A stretch of DNA of 124,000 nucleotides from Octopus vulgaris (GCA_951406725.2 OX597826.1:60160001-60284000); one strand, 5' to 3'; numbered from the stretch's first letter, positions 1 through 15,360 are shown. Translations and numbers: made by a program. The notes: generated by a model from the letters alone, not told the origin.

Positions 1-230
1 CATCCCATAGAAACTCAACAAATTGTTAAAAGATGGAGAAGGGATGTTAAAATTTGAAAATAATTTTAATGCAGGCACACGATCGTTCCGAACAGCAATA
101 GTAACATGTAAATAACATGGTAGAACAATTAAAATTAGTCAAATTAAATTGCATTACAAATCACTGTTCTTCTCAGTGCAAGACGAATTATATGATGATG
201 ATGATGATAATAATAATAATAATAATAAGG

Positions 231-282
<52 letters not shown>

Positions 283-547
283 TAATAATAATAATAATAA
301 TAATAATGATAAAAAATAATAATAATAATAATAATAATAATATTTTATGATGTATTCGTCTTGCGCTGAGAAGAATAGTAATTTGTAATTAATTTGATTC
401 ACTTTAATTAAGTTTAATTATTTTACCATGTTAATTACATGTTTAATATCACTGTTCGAAACGATCGTGAGCTTTTTAAAAATTATTTCCAAATTTTAAC
501 ATCTTCTCTTCTGCATCTTTAAATAATTTGTTGAGTTTCTATGGGAT
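1..547. repeat. Diverged inverted repeat (1-188 / 354-547) around an (ATA)n loop
   Basis: CATCCCATAGAAACTCAACAAATT pairs with AATTTGTTGAGTTTCTATGGGAT; the left arm may extend beyond the window. Confidence 0.8.
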
Positions 548-848
548 ACCTTTCCATGAAATCTCATAACACACAACATATGCGCGCACGCGTGTGTGTG
601 TGTTTATCTGCCTGTATGTCTGTGTCTGTCTGTCTATCTGTCTGTCTGTGTATTTGCTTTTGTGTCTTTATTTGATCCTCCCAAATCGTTTGATAGCCGA
701 TTCTGGTAGGTTTACGTCCCCGCTAACTTAACGGTTCGGCAAAAGAAACGTTAGAAAAAGTACTAGGGTTCAATTTGCTCGCCTAAAGGCGATGCTCCAG
801 TATGGCCGCGGTCAAACGACTGAAAAAAATAAAAGAATAAAAAATAAA

Positions 849-898
<50 letters not shown>

Positions 899-1034
899 CA
901 CGTATATATGTGTGTGTATATATATAATTAAAAAGTGAATAAAGCTTTCTATCAATGTATTTGGTTAAACCCAGTTGGCATGTGGATTGTTTTTTAACAA
1001 TCCCTTATGGGGATATTGCTTCATCAAATTCTGA

Positions 1035-1153
<119 letters not shown>

Positions 1154-1209
1154 ATATACAAACACACACACATATATATATAAATATGTGTATATATATT
1201 TATATATAG

Positions 1210-1250
<41 letters not shown>

Positions 1251-1679
1251 TTTATACATATATATATAATATACTATATGTATATATTTATACATACATA
1301 TATATATATATGTATATATACATATAATATATTCTTTTGCTTCTTTCAGCGATGCGGCTGCGGTCGTGCTATATATACATGTATCTATATCTATATATGC
1401 ATGTATGTATATGTGTGTGTGCGTGTGTTTGTATATGTGTGTGTGGTGTGTTTGTGTGTCTGTGCGTCTGTGTAGTTTAAATCTATAACGATGCAGATTG
1501 TGAGGTAGTGTGGTATTCAGCTTCCATAAATATCACTCCATTTTGCATTACATTCACAGGAAAAAGAAATTGTAATCCTTCTTTAATGAACTGGATCCAA
1601 TTGCAAGAAATGCTTCCATTCTTCAAACTGTAATACAGTCCCTAATACCCACCATAGATAATTCTTCTATAACACTTAC

Positions 1680-1861
1680 AAACATACTGAAAATTTAACA
1701 AATCCCGATACCATAGTGAGAATTTATTAAATAAAGGAAGCTTATATATAAGAGGAAAACCCTGACGGTGATGAATCACTAATAGAGTCTCTATGTATTC
1801 ACTCAGCTGGATAGATGTAACCACAAAAGCAGGGACGTTATTGAATTGCGTCCTATTTGCT
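1680..1861 (-). CDS. Candidate internal exon (ANRTQFNNVPAF...YRDLLNFQYV)
   Basis: CTTTCTTTTGACAG acceptor, GTAAGT donor, 182 nt, a single open frame (phase 2 to 1). Confidence 0.28.
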
Positions 1862-2559
1862 CTGTCAAAAGAAAGGACATTTTGTTTGAAGTGGCTTAGT
1901 GTTACTTGACTACGTACAGAAATGTAGAAAAGAAAAGGTGGTAGTTGTAGTTGGTCTACTGAGGAAGAATATGGAACCAAACAGCAATAGCAACATGAAG
2001 GTGATTCTTCTAAATCCACTTCGTTTTTCTGTACGACTTTTAAATCGTATCACTAATGGTAATGGTAGTAGGCACGAAAGAAACGTTGTTATCTTTGATG
2101 CTATTGTTAGTGGTGACGGATGCGGCGGTGACGGTCGTCTTCGTCCTCGTCGTAGTTGTAGTGGTGATGGAGGTAGTCGCAGTGGTGGTGGTGATTATGA
2201 TGATGAGGATCACACACACACACGTAATGTAGGGATTTCAACACAAGTTTCGGCTATCAAATTCATTCACAAAGAATTATTCGACTCCGGAATCTAGTTA
2301 TAAGACACTTGCTCAAGGTACTACGCAGTGGAACCGAACCCAAAACCGTATGGTTGCATCCATGCTTAAGCAATAGATCAATATATGTCTGTCAAGTATG
2401 CCGTTACCCTTATTGTTGTTGATGCTGTTCTTGTTATGGAGATGTTATTGTTGTTATTATTCATGACACCATGTTCAGTTTGTTGTTGATAATGATTGGT
2501 TATATCGTTGTCCGTTTCCCTTCTGATGGCGTTGACGTAATATTTATGATGTTAAGTAG

Positions 2560-3780
2560 GTTGCTAATATTGGTGATGTCGATGAAAACAATGTTGCTGT
2601 TGTTCTTTATAACGATGTTGCTAATGTTGGTGATGTTGATGAAAACGATGTTGTTAGTATTCTTTATAACGATGTTGCTAATATTGGTGATGTCGATGAA
2701 AACTCTGTTGCTGTTGTTCTTTATAATGATGTTGCTAATTTTGGTGATGCTGATGAAAACGATATTGCTGGTATTCTTTAAAACGATGTTGCTAATATTG
2801 GTGATGTCGATGAAAACGCTGTTGCTGTTGTTCTTTATAACGATGCTGCTAATGTTGGTGATGTCGATGAAAACGATGTTACTGACGTTTTTAAAACGAT
2901 GTTGCTAATGTTGGTGATGTTGATGAAAACGATGTTGCTGGTATTCTTTATAACGATGTTGCTAATGTTGATAATGTTGATGAAAACGATGTTACTGACG
3001 TTTTTAAAACGATGTTGCTAATGTTGGTAATGTTGATGAAAACAATGTTGCTGGTATTCTTTATAACGATGTTGCTAATGTTGATAATGTTGATGAAAAC
3101 GATGTTACTGACGTTTTTAAAACGATGTTGCTAATGTTGGTGATGTTGATGAAAACGATGTTGCTGGTATTCTTTATAACGATGTTGCTAATGTTGATAA
3201 TGTTGATGAAAACGATGTTACTGACGTTTTAAAACGATGTTGCTAATGTTGGTGATGCTGATGAAAACAATGTTGCTGGTATTCTTTATAACGATGTTGC
3301 TAATGTTGATAATGTTGATGAAAACGATGTTACTGACGTTTTTAAAACAATGTTGCTAATGTTTGTGATGTTGATGAAATCGATGTCGCTGGTATTCTTT
3401 AAAACGATGTTGGTAATGCTGATAATGTTGATGAAAACGATGTTACTGACGTTTTTAAAACGATGTTGCTAATGTTGGTGATGTTGATGAAAACGATGTT
3501 GCTCTTGTTCTTTATAACGATGTTGCTAATATTGGTGATATCGATGAAAACGCTGTTGCTGTTGTTCTTTATAATGATGTTGCTAATTTTGGTGATGCTG
3601 AGGAAAACGCTGTTCTGGTATTTTTTAAAACGATGTTGCTGTTGTTCTTTATAATGATGTTGCTAATATTGGTGATGCTGATGAAAACAATGTTGCTGGT
3701 ATTCTTTAAAACGATGTTGTTAATTTTGTTGATGTTGAAGAGAACGATGTTGCTCTTGTTCTTTATAATGATGTTCGACA
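2560..3780. repeat. 56/57-bp minisatellite, about 21 units
   Basis: Unit GATGTTGCTAATGTTGGTGATGTTGATGAAAACGATGTTGCTGGTATTCTTTATAAC and variants. Confidence 0.9.
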
Positions 3781-4744
3781 ATGAAATTTTAGCTCTCCAT
3801 GTCATTGTTTGAGATTATTTTTTCTTACGCTCTTGTTGATGTCATCGTGTTCTTGTACATTTTAATGATAACAGTATTGATGTCGTTGTTGTTCTTCTAT
3901 ATTGGTTTATTCATTGTCAGTTCATTCTTATTTATGCTATCTTTGTTGAACATGTTGTTATTTGGATGATATTATTGTTAATAATATTGAGTACGTTGTT
4001 TAACTGTTTACCCATCTGCTAGTCAACAGAAAAAGTGCCGACTTAGAAAGAATAATGAAAGGCTTTCCAGTCCTCACCATTTCCAACCGGTTTTCTTATG
4101 AACCAGCAAACATGCAATACAATGTATTCTGTATATATTACAGCAGGGTGTAAAGTGAGAGACATTTGGCTACTATTTCTATCAGATTGAACGTCTCATA
4201 GCGACTTCTTACTATCTCTAAGTTATTACTTTTGTTGTTGTTGTTGTTGTTTTGGTGGTGGTTGTTGTCTTGGTGATGGTGGTGGTGGTAGATGTGATGA
4301 TGTTAGTTGTGATTGATGTGTTGTTAGTTGCTGCTATTTTGCTTCTAGGCAGATGAAGTCGACTTTCTATATTTCAAGCAGTCGTATCAGGTGGAGCAAG
4401 ATGGGGAAGAGAGAGAGAGAAACAGAGAGAAACAGAGAGAGAGAGAGAGAGAGAGAGAGGCAGACTGACAGACAGAAACATAGAGAATGGGAGGGAAAAG
4501 GAAGAGAGAGAGAGAGAGAGATCACAGGGATTCGAGTAGAGGTCGATGGGGATTGTCGAGGTGGATGAAGAGGAGCTGTAGGATGAGGAAGGATATTATG
4601 GAGGTGGATGATGAAGGAGGTAGACGAGGAGGCAGTGAGCAGGTGGAGTAATGTCCACTTGATACGTCTCAAATAGATTGTCTCCACTGTGCTAACAGCA
4701 ATTCGACCCCCTTCCCATATTTTGTCCTTTGAGATGAATGTAAT

Positions 4745-4827
<83 letters not shown>

Positions 4828-5308
4828 GTATGTGCGTCTGTTCCGTTTGAGTGTGTGTGTGTCACTGAGAGGAAGAGAGAGAAGTCTGTGCGTGTGAGTA
4901 TGTGCACCTCTGTACTGTTATGTTCGTGTTACTACTTTGGTTTATTAATGTGTTTAATGGTATCTGTTATGTATGAGTGAAAGCGTGTTTGCCTGCGTGT
5001 GCGTATGTCCGTGTGTGCTTGCTTGTTTGTGTGTATTTGTGTGTCTGCGTATGAGTGAGTGTATCTGTGTGTGTGCGTGTGTTCCAATTTAAAAGATAAA
5101 AGTTATATAAAGTAAGTTTGAAGATGGCTGATTTTACGCAAATGTATAAAAGTAAGCACACTACGTATTCACACTTACGCCACACGGACCTACATCATGT
5201 GCACACACAAACATACTCGTTCAGACATATATAAAGATATTTACTCATATAGACCCAGAAAGAAACAAGGCATTTATAAAAAAGAAATATATAAGTATGT
5301 ACATACAT

Positions 5309-5384
<76 letters not shown>

Positions 5385-5388
<4 letters not shown>

Positions 5389-5583
5389 GTTAGCTACTGC
5401 ACGCATTTTTTTTCTCTCCTTCTTTCTGTGTTTTTCTCTCTCTGTGTATCTTTCTGTTGAAGAGCGTAGGCTCGAAACGTTAAAGACTTGTTTTATTTAT
5501 ATTTCCTGAGCGCCATACTAATACAATTGTTCGTTTGTTTTCCACCTGCCTTCGTCTTTTGTTTATTTTCATAAAGCTTCCCG

Positions 5584-5585
<2 letters not shown>
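5385..5585 (+). mobile_element. Short PLE-derived element with hammerhead-like motif (5450-5485)
   Basis: CTTT-CTGTTGA-A-GAGC(GTAG)GCTC-GAAA-CGTT-AAAG; flanked by (TA)n; near-identical to 39375-39545 and 111440-111650. Confidence 0.7.
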
Positions 5586-5680
<95 letters not shown>

Positions 5681-6208
5681 CACACACACGAATACTTACA
5701 TATATAAACATATACATATACGTAGACATGTATGTGTATTGTGTGTGTTTGCAAACACATGATATACGTGTGTGTATGTTTCACTATATAGCTATATATG
5801 TAAATACAAATATGTATGTACATATGTATGCATATATCTATATATACATGTGTCAACGTATGTGAATATGTGTGCGTATATTCTTGTGTATATTGGACCC
5901 ACACTCGATCGCCATACTAGGATATTACAAATGTTTCTTCCCTCGGGTAAAACCCAAAGTTACAAACCTGTCTCAATCCAAAATTCCTGAAGGAATTCTT
6001 CTAAATGACAGCTTGGATTTTAGAAACAAATGACTATTTTCTTTCATAAAGGAATTGTAATGCTGTGATCAAAATCTTGAACCCAACTGCCATCATTGAT
6101 TACGGGTCAATGTACCTTTTCTGGTCTTTTGTCTTTCGATTTCCACAACAGTAAGATTTTGACAAACAGCTAAGTGTATTTGTTAGATGTAAGTTAGATG
6201 TATATCAG

Positions 6209-6579
6209 ACTAGCAGTATCGCCCGGCGTTGCTCGGGTTTGTAAGGGAAATAACTATAAAGCATTTTTAGAGAGTTATAGCCAAAAAAATGGGAAAAAAA
6301 TTATGGTAAATTTTTTTTAGTTAAAAAGGTCGAGTTGCGTCCCCTAGACAGTCTGTGGTTTGTGTTTCTAATTCTCGACCCCATGTCGAATTTATCGATT
6401 TTTTTCAGAACTGGGGGAACTTTTCAAAATTTTCGCTGCGTTAGTTTTGAATTATGACATTGGGCTATGTGTGTGTCAAGTTTCATCAGAATCGGTTGAA
6501 AGCCGTGGTCAGGGTGAGGGTACAACCTAACAGACACACAGAAACACACAGACAAACTGCCGTTTATATATAGAGAGAT
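6209..6579 (+). mobile_element. Non-autonomous Helentron/HINE-like element
   Basis: Begins ACTAGCAGTATCGCCCGGCGTTGCTCGGG and ends TTTATATATAGAGAGAT; related 5' motifs at 38339 and 85195. Confidence 0.5.
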
Positions 6580-6944
6580 AAGGGCACCAGCAAACAATCA
6601 GCCATACACACCCACACAATACACCATCCATACACTCACACACTCATACTCACATAACGCACTGGTGTGTTTACACATTTTTGTCTACAGCAGGAATCTT
6701 TCTCGTAACAACTGGTATCATGTTTATATTTAAATACATTACTGCTTAGCGCTTCTAATACGTACAGGAAAAAAACACAACAGCCATTTTCAACTATAAA
6801 AGGTACATATATATTATTTGTTTACGAAATCAGAAGAGGTAAATTGACAGGATTACTCCATGTAGTCAATTGCGTTGCAAATAATGGCAGTCCATTGACT
6901 CAAAGACGTATACGGCCCAGGCCTGGGTGTGCGGAAAGAAGCCT

Positions 6945-7074
6945 GATTCCCAAACACATGGCTCAGGGTTCAGTCCCACTGCGTGGCATCTTTGGCAAGT
7001 GTCTTCTACTATAGCCTCGGGCCGACCAGGGCCTTGTGAATAGATTTGGTAGACGGAAACAGAAAGAATCACGT

Positions 7075-7105
<31 letters not shown>

Positions 7106-7350
7106 GCATGTATATATCCATATACATATATATATATATACATATATATGTGTGTGCTTGTGTTTGTGTTTGACCACCACCATTGCTTAACAAACGATGT
7201 TGGTGTGTTTACGTCCCCGTAATTTAGAGGTTCGGTAAAAGTGACCGGTAATATATGTAACAGACTTACAAAAAATAAGCCCAGTGATCGATTTGTTCGA
7301 CTAAGAGGAAGTGCTCCAGCATGGCCACAGTCAAAATGAGTGAAACAGGT
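6945..7350 (+). mobile_element. SINE family B
   Basis: Matches the family B consensus, diverged. Confidence 0.8.
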
Positions 7351-7447
7351 GAAAAAACAATATGTATGTATGTATGTATGTATGAATGTGTATCTATGTA
7401 TGCATGTATATGTGTGCGCATGTGTGTAGTTGTGTCTGTGTGTGTGT

Positions 7448-7482
<35 letters not shown>

Positions 7483-8191
7483 TGTGTAGACGGAGATTCT
7501 TATTAGAGAACTTTTGACTCCGATGTCTTTAGCCATAACTACATTACCAGTAAACGTAGGTGATTGCAAAAATTACGAACGCAAAGACAATTGACTGCAA
7601 TTTTCAAAACAGTTTCTTTCTTTTTTCTTTTCGAGACCTCAAGTTGTTTCGGCTTCATCGAAAATCGGCGTGTTGAGCGCTATCCTGCCCTATGTCATCT
7701 AGAGCGAGAAACCTGAAACGAGCGAATGAAGACAGGGATAGCGTGAATTAGATATGTGTATTGTCTGGTTTCCCTGTATTCTAAAATAATATTGTATATG
7801 ATGGTATATAATAGATAGTGTGCAAGCAGAGATGATATCATCAAAAGTATGTAAGTCAGATGAAAATGGCTATTGTGTTTGAAATGGAAATAGTAAAAGA
7901 TTGTTTCGTGATTTTGAAGACAACAACTTAATAAAACGGCCGCAAAAACGAACAAAACGAATATAAGTATTACTAATGAAGATAATAATAAATTCTACAA
8001 AAGGAGTACGACCTGAGATTTTTACTCCGCCCTCAGTGCTCAGTTGGTACGTATTTTGTCGAACTGAGAATGATGAAAGACATAGTCGCCCTCGGCGGTA
8101 TTTCATCACGGAAGGTAAAGCGGACGAAATGCCCTTGTGCGTTTTGTTTGGCGTGCTAACGACTATACCAGCTGGCCGTTTTAATAATAGC

Positions 8192-8890
<699 letters not shown>

Positions 8891-9970
8891 TAACAGTAAT
8901 AATAATAATTTTATAAAAAAAGGATAGATATTTATGAATAGTTTTGTGTATATACCAATCTTTTACCGCAATAGTGGGAGGAAAAGAAATTAATCCAATA
9001 AAATTAATTAATCTAATAAAATTAATCTAACAAAATTCATCTAATTTTTGTATCTATAAATTCATACTTAGCTTATATAAAGCTATACTGGTATATTCAC
9101 TACTTATAAAAGAGGTTGCAATTTTATTAATATATAATTAGCATGTATTTTTACCTCAATACTACTTTATTAATACCAATATATACCAATTAATCAATAT
9201 TCACAGGCACCAACTGATGAGTTAGTATTTACGTGTACGCTATGTATAAATATTAAACTATTTCTGGATAATTTATTTTTCTCCCTCTATTGTAGTAAAA
9301 GTTTGGTATACACTCAACAGTATTCATAAATATCTGTAGTTTTTGTTATAATATTATTTTTAATAATCGTCTGAATAACCCTAAACGTTAACTGTATATT
9401 GTTTAAAATATTTAACTATAGTTAAAATATTTAACTATAGTACTAAATGATAAAGCTTCCCCTGTTTCATTATCAATAGTCTGCTAGTGGGCGACCCCAT
9501 TAATTGTCATCTAACATCTTGTTTTAAGTTTTCCTTTACCAAACTTCATGATATTGCCTCTAAGAAATCTTGATTTTTATGATTATATCAACTAAGATTT
9601 ATGTCTGCTCCCTCAGCCCTAACCCTAACAGATAATGTCCTTTGTTCTCTCAGCCTTAGATATACAAGGATTTGATAAACTAGTCTATGAATTAAAACTG
9701 ACCCCATTAAAAACAAAACAATCAGTGACAGACAGAGTGAGTAAAAATGTATATCAGTCTGTTCTTTGTCTATATCCTTAACTTCTTGGAGATTTTAGGT
9801 ATAATTATACTAATGTGTCCATCTGTTCTAAATTAATTAAATTCTATATCTGTACAGCTGAGGATTGCTCTGCATTTTAAATTGTTGTAATGATTGCATT
9901 GTTCATTTAAATGGAGTTGCATGAAACGATCGTGCTGCATTACCTCTGCATATCCTTGTTGCTTATTTTG

Positions 9971-10112
<142 letters not shown>

Positions 10113-11021
10113 ATATGATATATATATATATACATATATTTATGAATGAGTAGGGCAAGAATGGGTTGATATTTCTAATGGTGTGAGGAAATGTATAGTT
10201 CCCTATTTAGTCTCCTATTCTTCTTTCTCTCTTTCTTCCTTACCTTCCTCTTCCCCTTCTTCTTCGTCTTCTTCTTCTCTTCTTCTTCTTCTTCTTCTTC
10301 TTCTTCTTTTTCTCCTTCTCTTTCTTCGTCTACTACTAGTACTACTACAGTTTGTATCAAGAGGAATATTGAAAGTATTGTCGATTTTTTTCTTAATTGG
10401 CAGTATCAATAACCATGCGTTATTGTTGTTGTTGTTGATGATGATGATGATGATGATGTTTTCAGATTATTTAGATGACTTTTTTTGCAAAGGAGAGTTG
10501 ACAACCTTCTCCAAATGAACCAACCAACCAGCTAACAAATCAACCCGCAAATCACCCACTAAAAAAAAAACAACATAATAACACGCACACATACCGTGTT
10601 AGAAATAAGAAGAACATTTAACAGCTATCTCCACATAACTTTTCTTAACGTAGAAAGCTGCTATTAATCATTTAATAAACATCTTTCTCAGGAAACGAAA
10701 GATTTTAGATGTTTCAATGGATATGTTTAAAAGGTAAAAAAAAATAAAACATAATATATAAACAAACAATTCGTGGAAATTAATAAATATATTGAAAATA
10801 CCAACAACAAAATCGGGCCAAATATGCATAAAAAAAAAAACGAGTAAATGTCATAAACAATTGATAGAAATTGTGCTGAATAAGAAACTAGAATTTAATT
10901 TTGATTTATGGGAGGGGAAAAAAGCGATCTATTGGTAATTGCCAAATAGTGATTGACGAAATGATAATTGAGAAAACAGCTAGGCATGGTTTGATATATA
11001 TATATATATATATACACACAC

Positions 11022-11072
<51 letters not shown>

Positions 11073-11206
11073 TATATGCGTGTATATATATTTATATATA
11101 TACATACATACATACATACATACATACATACATACACACATACACACACATAAATATACATATTTGCATATATAAACACATATACATATATATATAGATG
11201 TATGTC

Positions 11207-11283
<77 letters not shown>

Positions 11284-11800
11284 GTGTGTGCATAAACATA
11301 TATATATTTATGTATGTATATATATATATATATATACATATGTTTGTGTATGTGTAGGCAAAGAGACATAGAGAGAGCGGCACAAGAGAGGGAATTAGTA
11401 ATAGGGAGAGAAAGAAATAGAGGAAAAGAGAAATGACGAAAGAAAAGATGTACATGTATGTTTGTATGTGTGTATGGGAGGTATAGGAAGAAAGAGATAT
11501 AGTATAAAACCACTGACAATGCATGAAAACGTTGATAAAAAGGGAGAAAGACAGAGAGAGAGAGAGAGAGAGAAAAGTGGAACTGAGTGATTGAGAAAAG
11601 CAAACTGAAAGAGAACAGTTTTTTTATGTATCTTTGATCCGTGTCTTTATATTTCTGTGGATTCACTTCAACATATTAAATTCTCATCTCCGTAACACCC
11701 AAGTCTAATATGCGTGACTCCTGGAGAGCGCGCGCGCGCTTGAATGTATGTATTGTAGTATCGCTGTAGGGTAATGTATATGCATATGGGCAATACTTAC

Positions 11801-11889
11801 TTCGCTGTCTCCTCAGATGTACGGAATCTTACTCCGTTCGTATGAATATTTGAACCTACTACATCGAACATTCGTGGAAGCGAATCGAC
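11801..11889 (-). CDS. Candidate internal exon (VDSLPRMFDVVGSNIHTNGVRFRTSEETA)
   Basis: TATTTTATAACAG acceptor, GTAAGT donor, 89 nt, a single open frame (phase 0 to 2). Confidence 0.3.
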
Positions 11890-13129
11890 CTGTTATAAAA
11901 TACGCACAACCGCAACAATTGTGGAGTACTTATCTCTGTATTTCTACTCCTCTTTCGTTTTATATATACATATATATATATGCATACGTTATACATGCAC
12001 GTATGTGTGTGTTATACATGTATATATATGGTATAGATATGTATGTATTTGACTTGGCCTTTACCCTCAAAACGGCAGGCATTGTGCAAAATCTGAAGTA
12101 ATTCTTATCATCATAGAAACAGGCCCTAACACGGCGGACATCCACCAAAGATAATCGTTTCCACTCACAATATAAGTTCCCACACAAATTCCATGCATAC
12201 ATAAATCCCCAAAAGAATTTAACCAAAACATAAACGAAAATCACATTAAGGAAAACAAATGCGTATGAAACCATTTTTCCCTCAGCTCACACGAAACGCT
12301 TCACATATTGTACCACTACTCAAATTCAATTCTTACAAGAACACCAACCTGAAAACGTACACACATTTCCTATAATCTTTCCAGAAAACCTTTGTTGCCT
12401 TGCAGCATCACCCAATATGGTGTTTTGGTATGAAGAGACATAATTCCTAGCCCAACCATTGCGTGAATTGGTTAATCATCTTTTTTACAGCATCGAAACA
12501 CCGGATGTGTTTGTTGACATCCCAAAATAGAGCGCGGTCTCCATATTTCATTTCATATCTGCCATCTCTGAAGAGCGCAGTGTTACATGATCGGACTGTA
12601 ACCTAACACCTCGTTGAACCCCTAGTGCGAAATCCAACCTTAAGATCAGCCGTAATGGGTGTACACTAGTGTACACTTCGATTAATATGTATGTATATAT
12701 AAATATATATAATACATGCATACATATGTACATACCTTGATGTTGATGAAATTCCAATGTATATAGGCAATAACCTAGGCAAGAAATATTGAAATATGTC
12801 TGAATAATAACATTCATACTTACATACATACATATATTGTTATGGTATATTCTGTAAAGAACATAGGGGAGTACAGTATTGAGCTCATCCTCCTTCAGAT
12901 TTAGCCTGTGCCATCCAGCAGTAGTATTATACATACTTCCAGGTTTGCGTTTCGGCATATGTCTTGTTTGAATAGGTAATTAAAGAAAGTGGGAAACATT
13001 TACATAATGAAGCACTTGCACACCTGGAGAACTACGTTGCATGGAAACAAATGTAGTGCTTAAAAATGAAATGTCCAAACGTTGACTCTAATTTCTTAAA
13101 TTGCACATATATATATATATATATATATA

Positions 13130-13350
13130 CATATATAAAGTTAATCCAAACAAGAAAGCACAAAAAAAACACTACAACGCAAGGACGTGGAACACATATA
13201 GCATTATTGGACGCTCAGGAATGAAGGAAAGAAGGAGGGTTTAACGTTTCGAGCGGAGCTCTTCGTCGGAAACATAGGAGAAGGAAAGATCCAGAGAAGG
13301 GAAGACAGAGGATAAAAAATCACCAACGGTACACACGAGGTCACATTTTG
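13130..13350 (-). mobile_element. Short PLE-derived element with hammerhead-like motif (13239-13273)
   Basis: GTTT-CCGACGA-A-GAGC(TCC)GCTC-GAAA-CGTT-AAAC; (TA)n flanks. Confidence 0.6.
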
Positions 13351-13461
13351 AAAAAATATATATATATATGGAGGCGCTTGTCTTAGTGGTTAGGATGTCA
13401 GCATCATGATCGTAAGATTGTGGTTTCGTTGTGTTCTTGAGCAAAACACTTCATTTCACGT

Positions 13462-13499
<38 letters not shown>

Positions 13500-14155
13500 G
13501 GATGTGTATGTGTGTGTGTTCTCCAACGTTCACTAGTGAACGATTGAGGAAATTGGGTCGCTCCCTCACATCCCTATCCATATTATAATTCCCTAGTATA
13601 TGGGGGAAACGAAAAATGAACGTCCTAATCATAGACATCACAAACGTGGTGAAATCGTGCCTCGATGTTGTTTTCGATATGTGTTGTGCACTGATAGTCT
13701 CTTCCAAACTGAAATCAGATGGAATTTCTTATGGAAGTGCAATTCCTATAAATCACTAGAAATGAAACAAGTCTTGTACACCGAAGCTGGTGCGGGGCGA
13801 AAGGCCTTGGGTATGGTAAGGAAGTACTGAATCGCAGCTACCCTGATGTATGTATAACAGTGAGGGTACAAATTTATGTGCAAGCTGCGCAGAAAATAAC
13901 CCAGTTAAGATGTATTTATATGAATATTAGAATCATTAAGTAACAGAACTTTGACAAGTATCTCATTTCCCATTGGCATTACAGATAAAGGTATGTAAAT
14001 AATTGTAAAAAGAGGATACAATTATATACACGGCATACACAGACGTCTCTCTCTTTCTATCTCTCTCTCTCTGTATATATATATATATATATATATATAG
14101 ATGAGAAAGTTGGTTTGTGAAAGCACGTGGTTGAATATATAGAATATATAGAATA

Positions 14156-14332
14156 TATAGAAAATAGTAAAAAGTGAAAAAACTACAGAAGGTCATTTCT
14201 TCTAAACTATGTCATTATAAGAAAGGAAAAAAAAAATTATAACATTCTTCAGACATATTGACTCAAATATATATTTTTTAACCTTTTAAAACAAGCCTTC
14301 TGTAGTTTTTTCACTTTTTACTATTTTCTATA
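14156..14332. mobile_element. MITE-like element with 37-bp perfect terminal inverted repeats
   Basis: 14156-14192 pairs with 14296-14332; TA-rich flanks. Confidence 0.65.
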
Positions 14333-14699
14333 AATATATATATATACACATATTTGCGTATGTATTGGGAGACGGGGATCCCTGTGTATGCATATATTTT
14401 CCAACTACCTGTCTTGTTTTTCACAATGTGTTGTTCTTATTCCCTCACAGTTCATCGCTTGTGTATGTTTCCGTTACCGTCCTTTACGGGCTTTGCTAAT
14501 GTTCGTACACTTGTCCCAGAAGGATTGGCTGTAGGTATTACTAGAACGAATAATACTATCGATAAACACGAGAAATCATGAAGAATTTTGGGTGATAATT
14601 GATGGTGCCTCATGTGAAAGGTTTCAGAGTATTCCTTTATTTGATCTTCTGTACATTGTTTCTTTTTTTACTATTACTGTATATATAAATATTTAAATA

Positions 14700-14920
14700 T
14701 ATTTCAAATTCTAACAACATGTGAATTGTTGACTAAGTTTTTCCCTACTTCTTCATTTTCTATTCGACTTTCCTCTCTCTCTCCTCTTTCTGAAGAAGAG
14801 CATTGCTCGAAAGGAAAAACCACCTTTCTTTCCTTCCCTGATCGTCTGCTAATATTTTACATGTACCACGTACTCATGTCGTTGTTTTTTTTGTGTTTGT
14901 TCTTGTTTTTTTTTTCTTGA
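14700..14920 (+). mobile_element. Short PLE-derived element, degenerate hammerhead (14786-14820)
   Basis: CTGAAGA-A-GAGC(ATT)GCTC-GAAA with a decayed stem III; similar to 31320-31520. Confidence 0.5.
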
Positions 14921-15272
14921 GGGTGGGATTTACTATATGTGTGTGTGTCTGTGTGTGGATCATATTGCTTTACAATTTTTACAAATCTTTATATTTATTT
15001 CAGATACACTTTCATATAAGTACGGTAAGCCGAGTTCACAGCACTTTTTATTCTTTGTATGAATGAAGGGTCCCTGTTGGCAATGAAAATGAATGAATTG
15101 TCATCATCGTCAACATTGTTTCATTTTTGTTTTCGTGGTTCTTGTCGTTCTTTTTCGTCTTCTTCGTTTTCTTCTTTTCGTCTTCCTCCACGTCCTCCAC
15201 GCCCCCCTTCATTTTCTCATTATCATTATTCTTATTACTTCTACTACTACTCACATTTCAATTGTTGACAGA

Positions 15273-15341
<69 letters not shown>

Positions 15342-15360
15342 ATATATATATATATATGTA

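Noticed and set aside
11960-12958. Several coding-looking minus-strand segments with possible splice sites
   Set aside because: Frames and phases could not be joined without stops or implausibly short introns.
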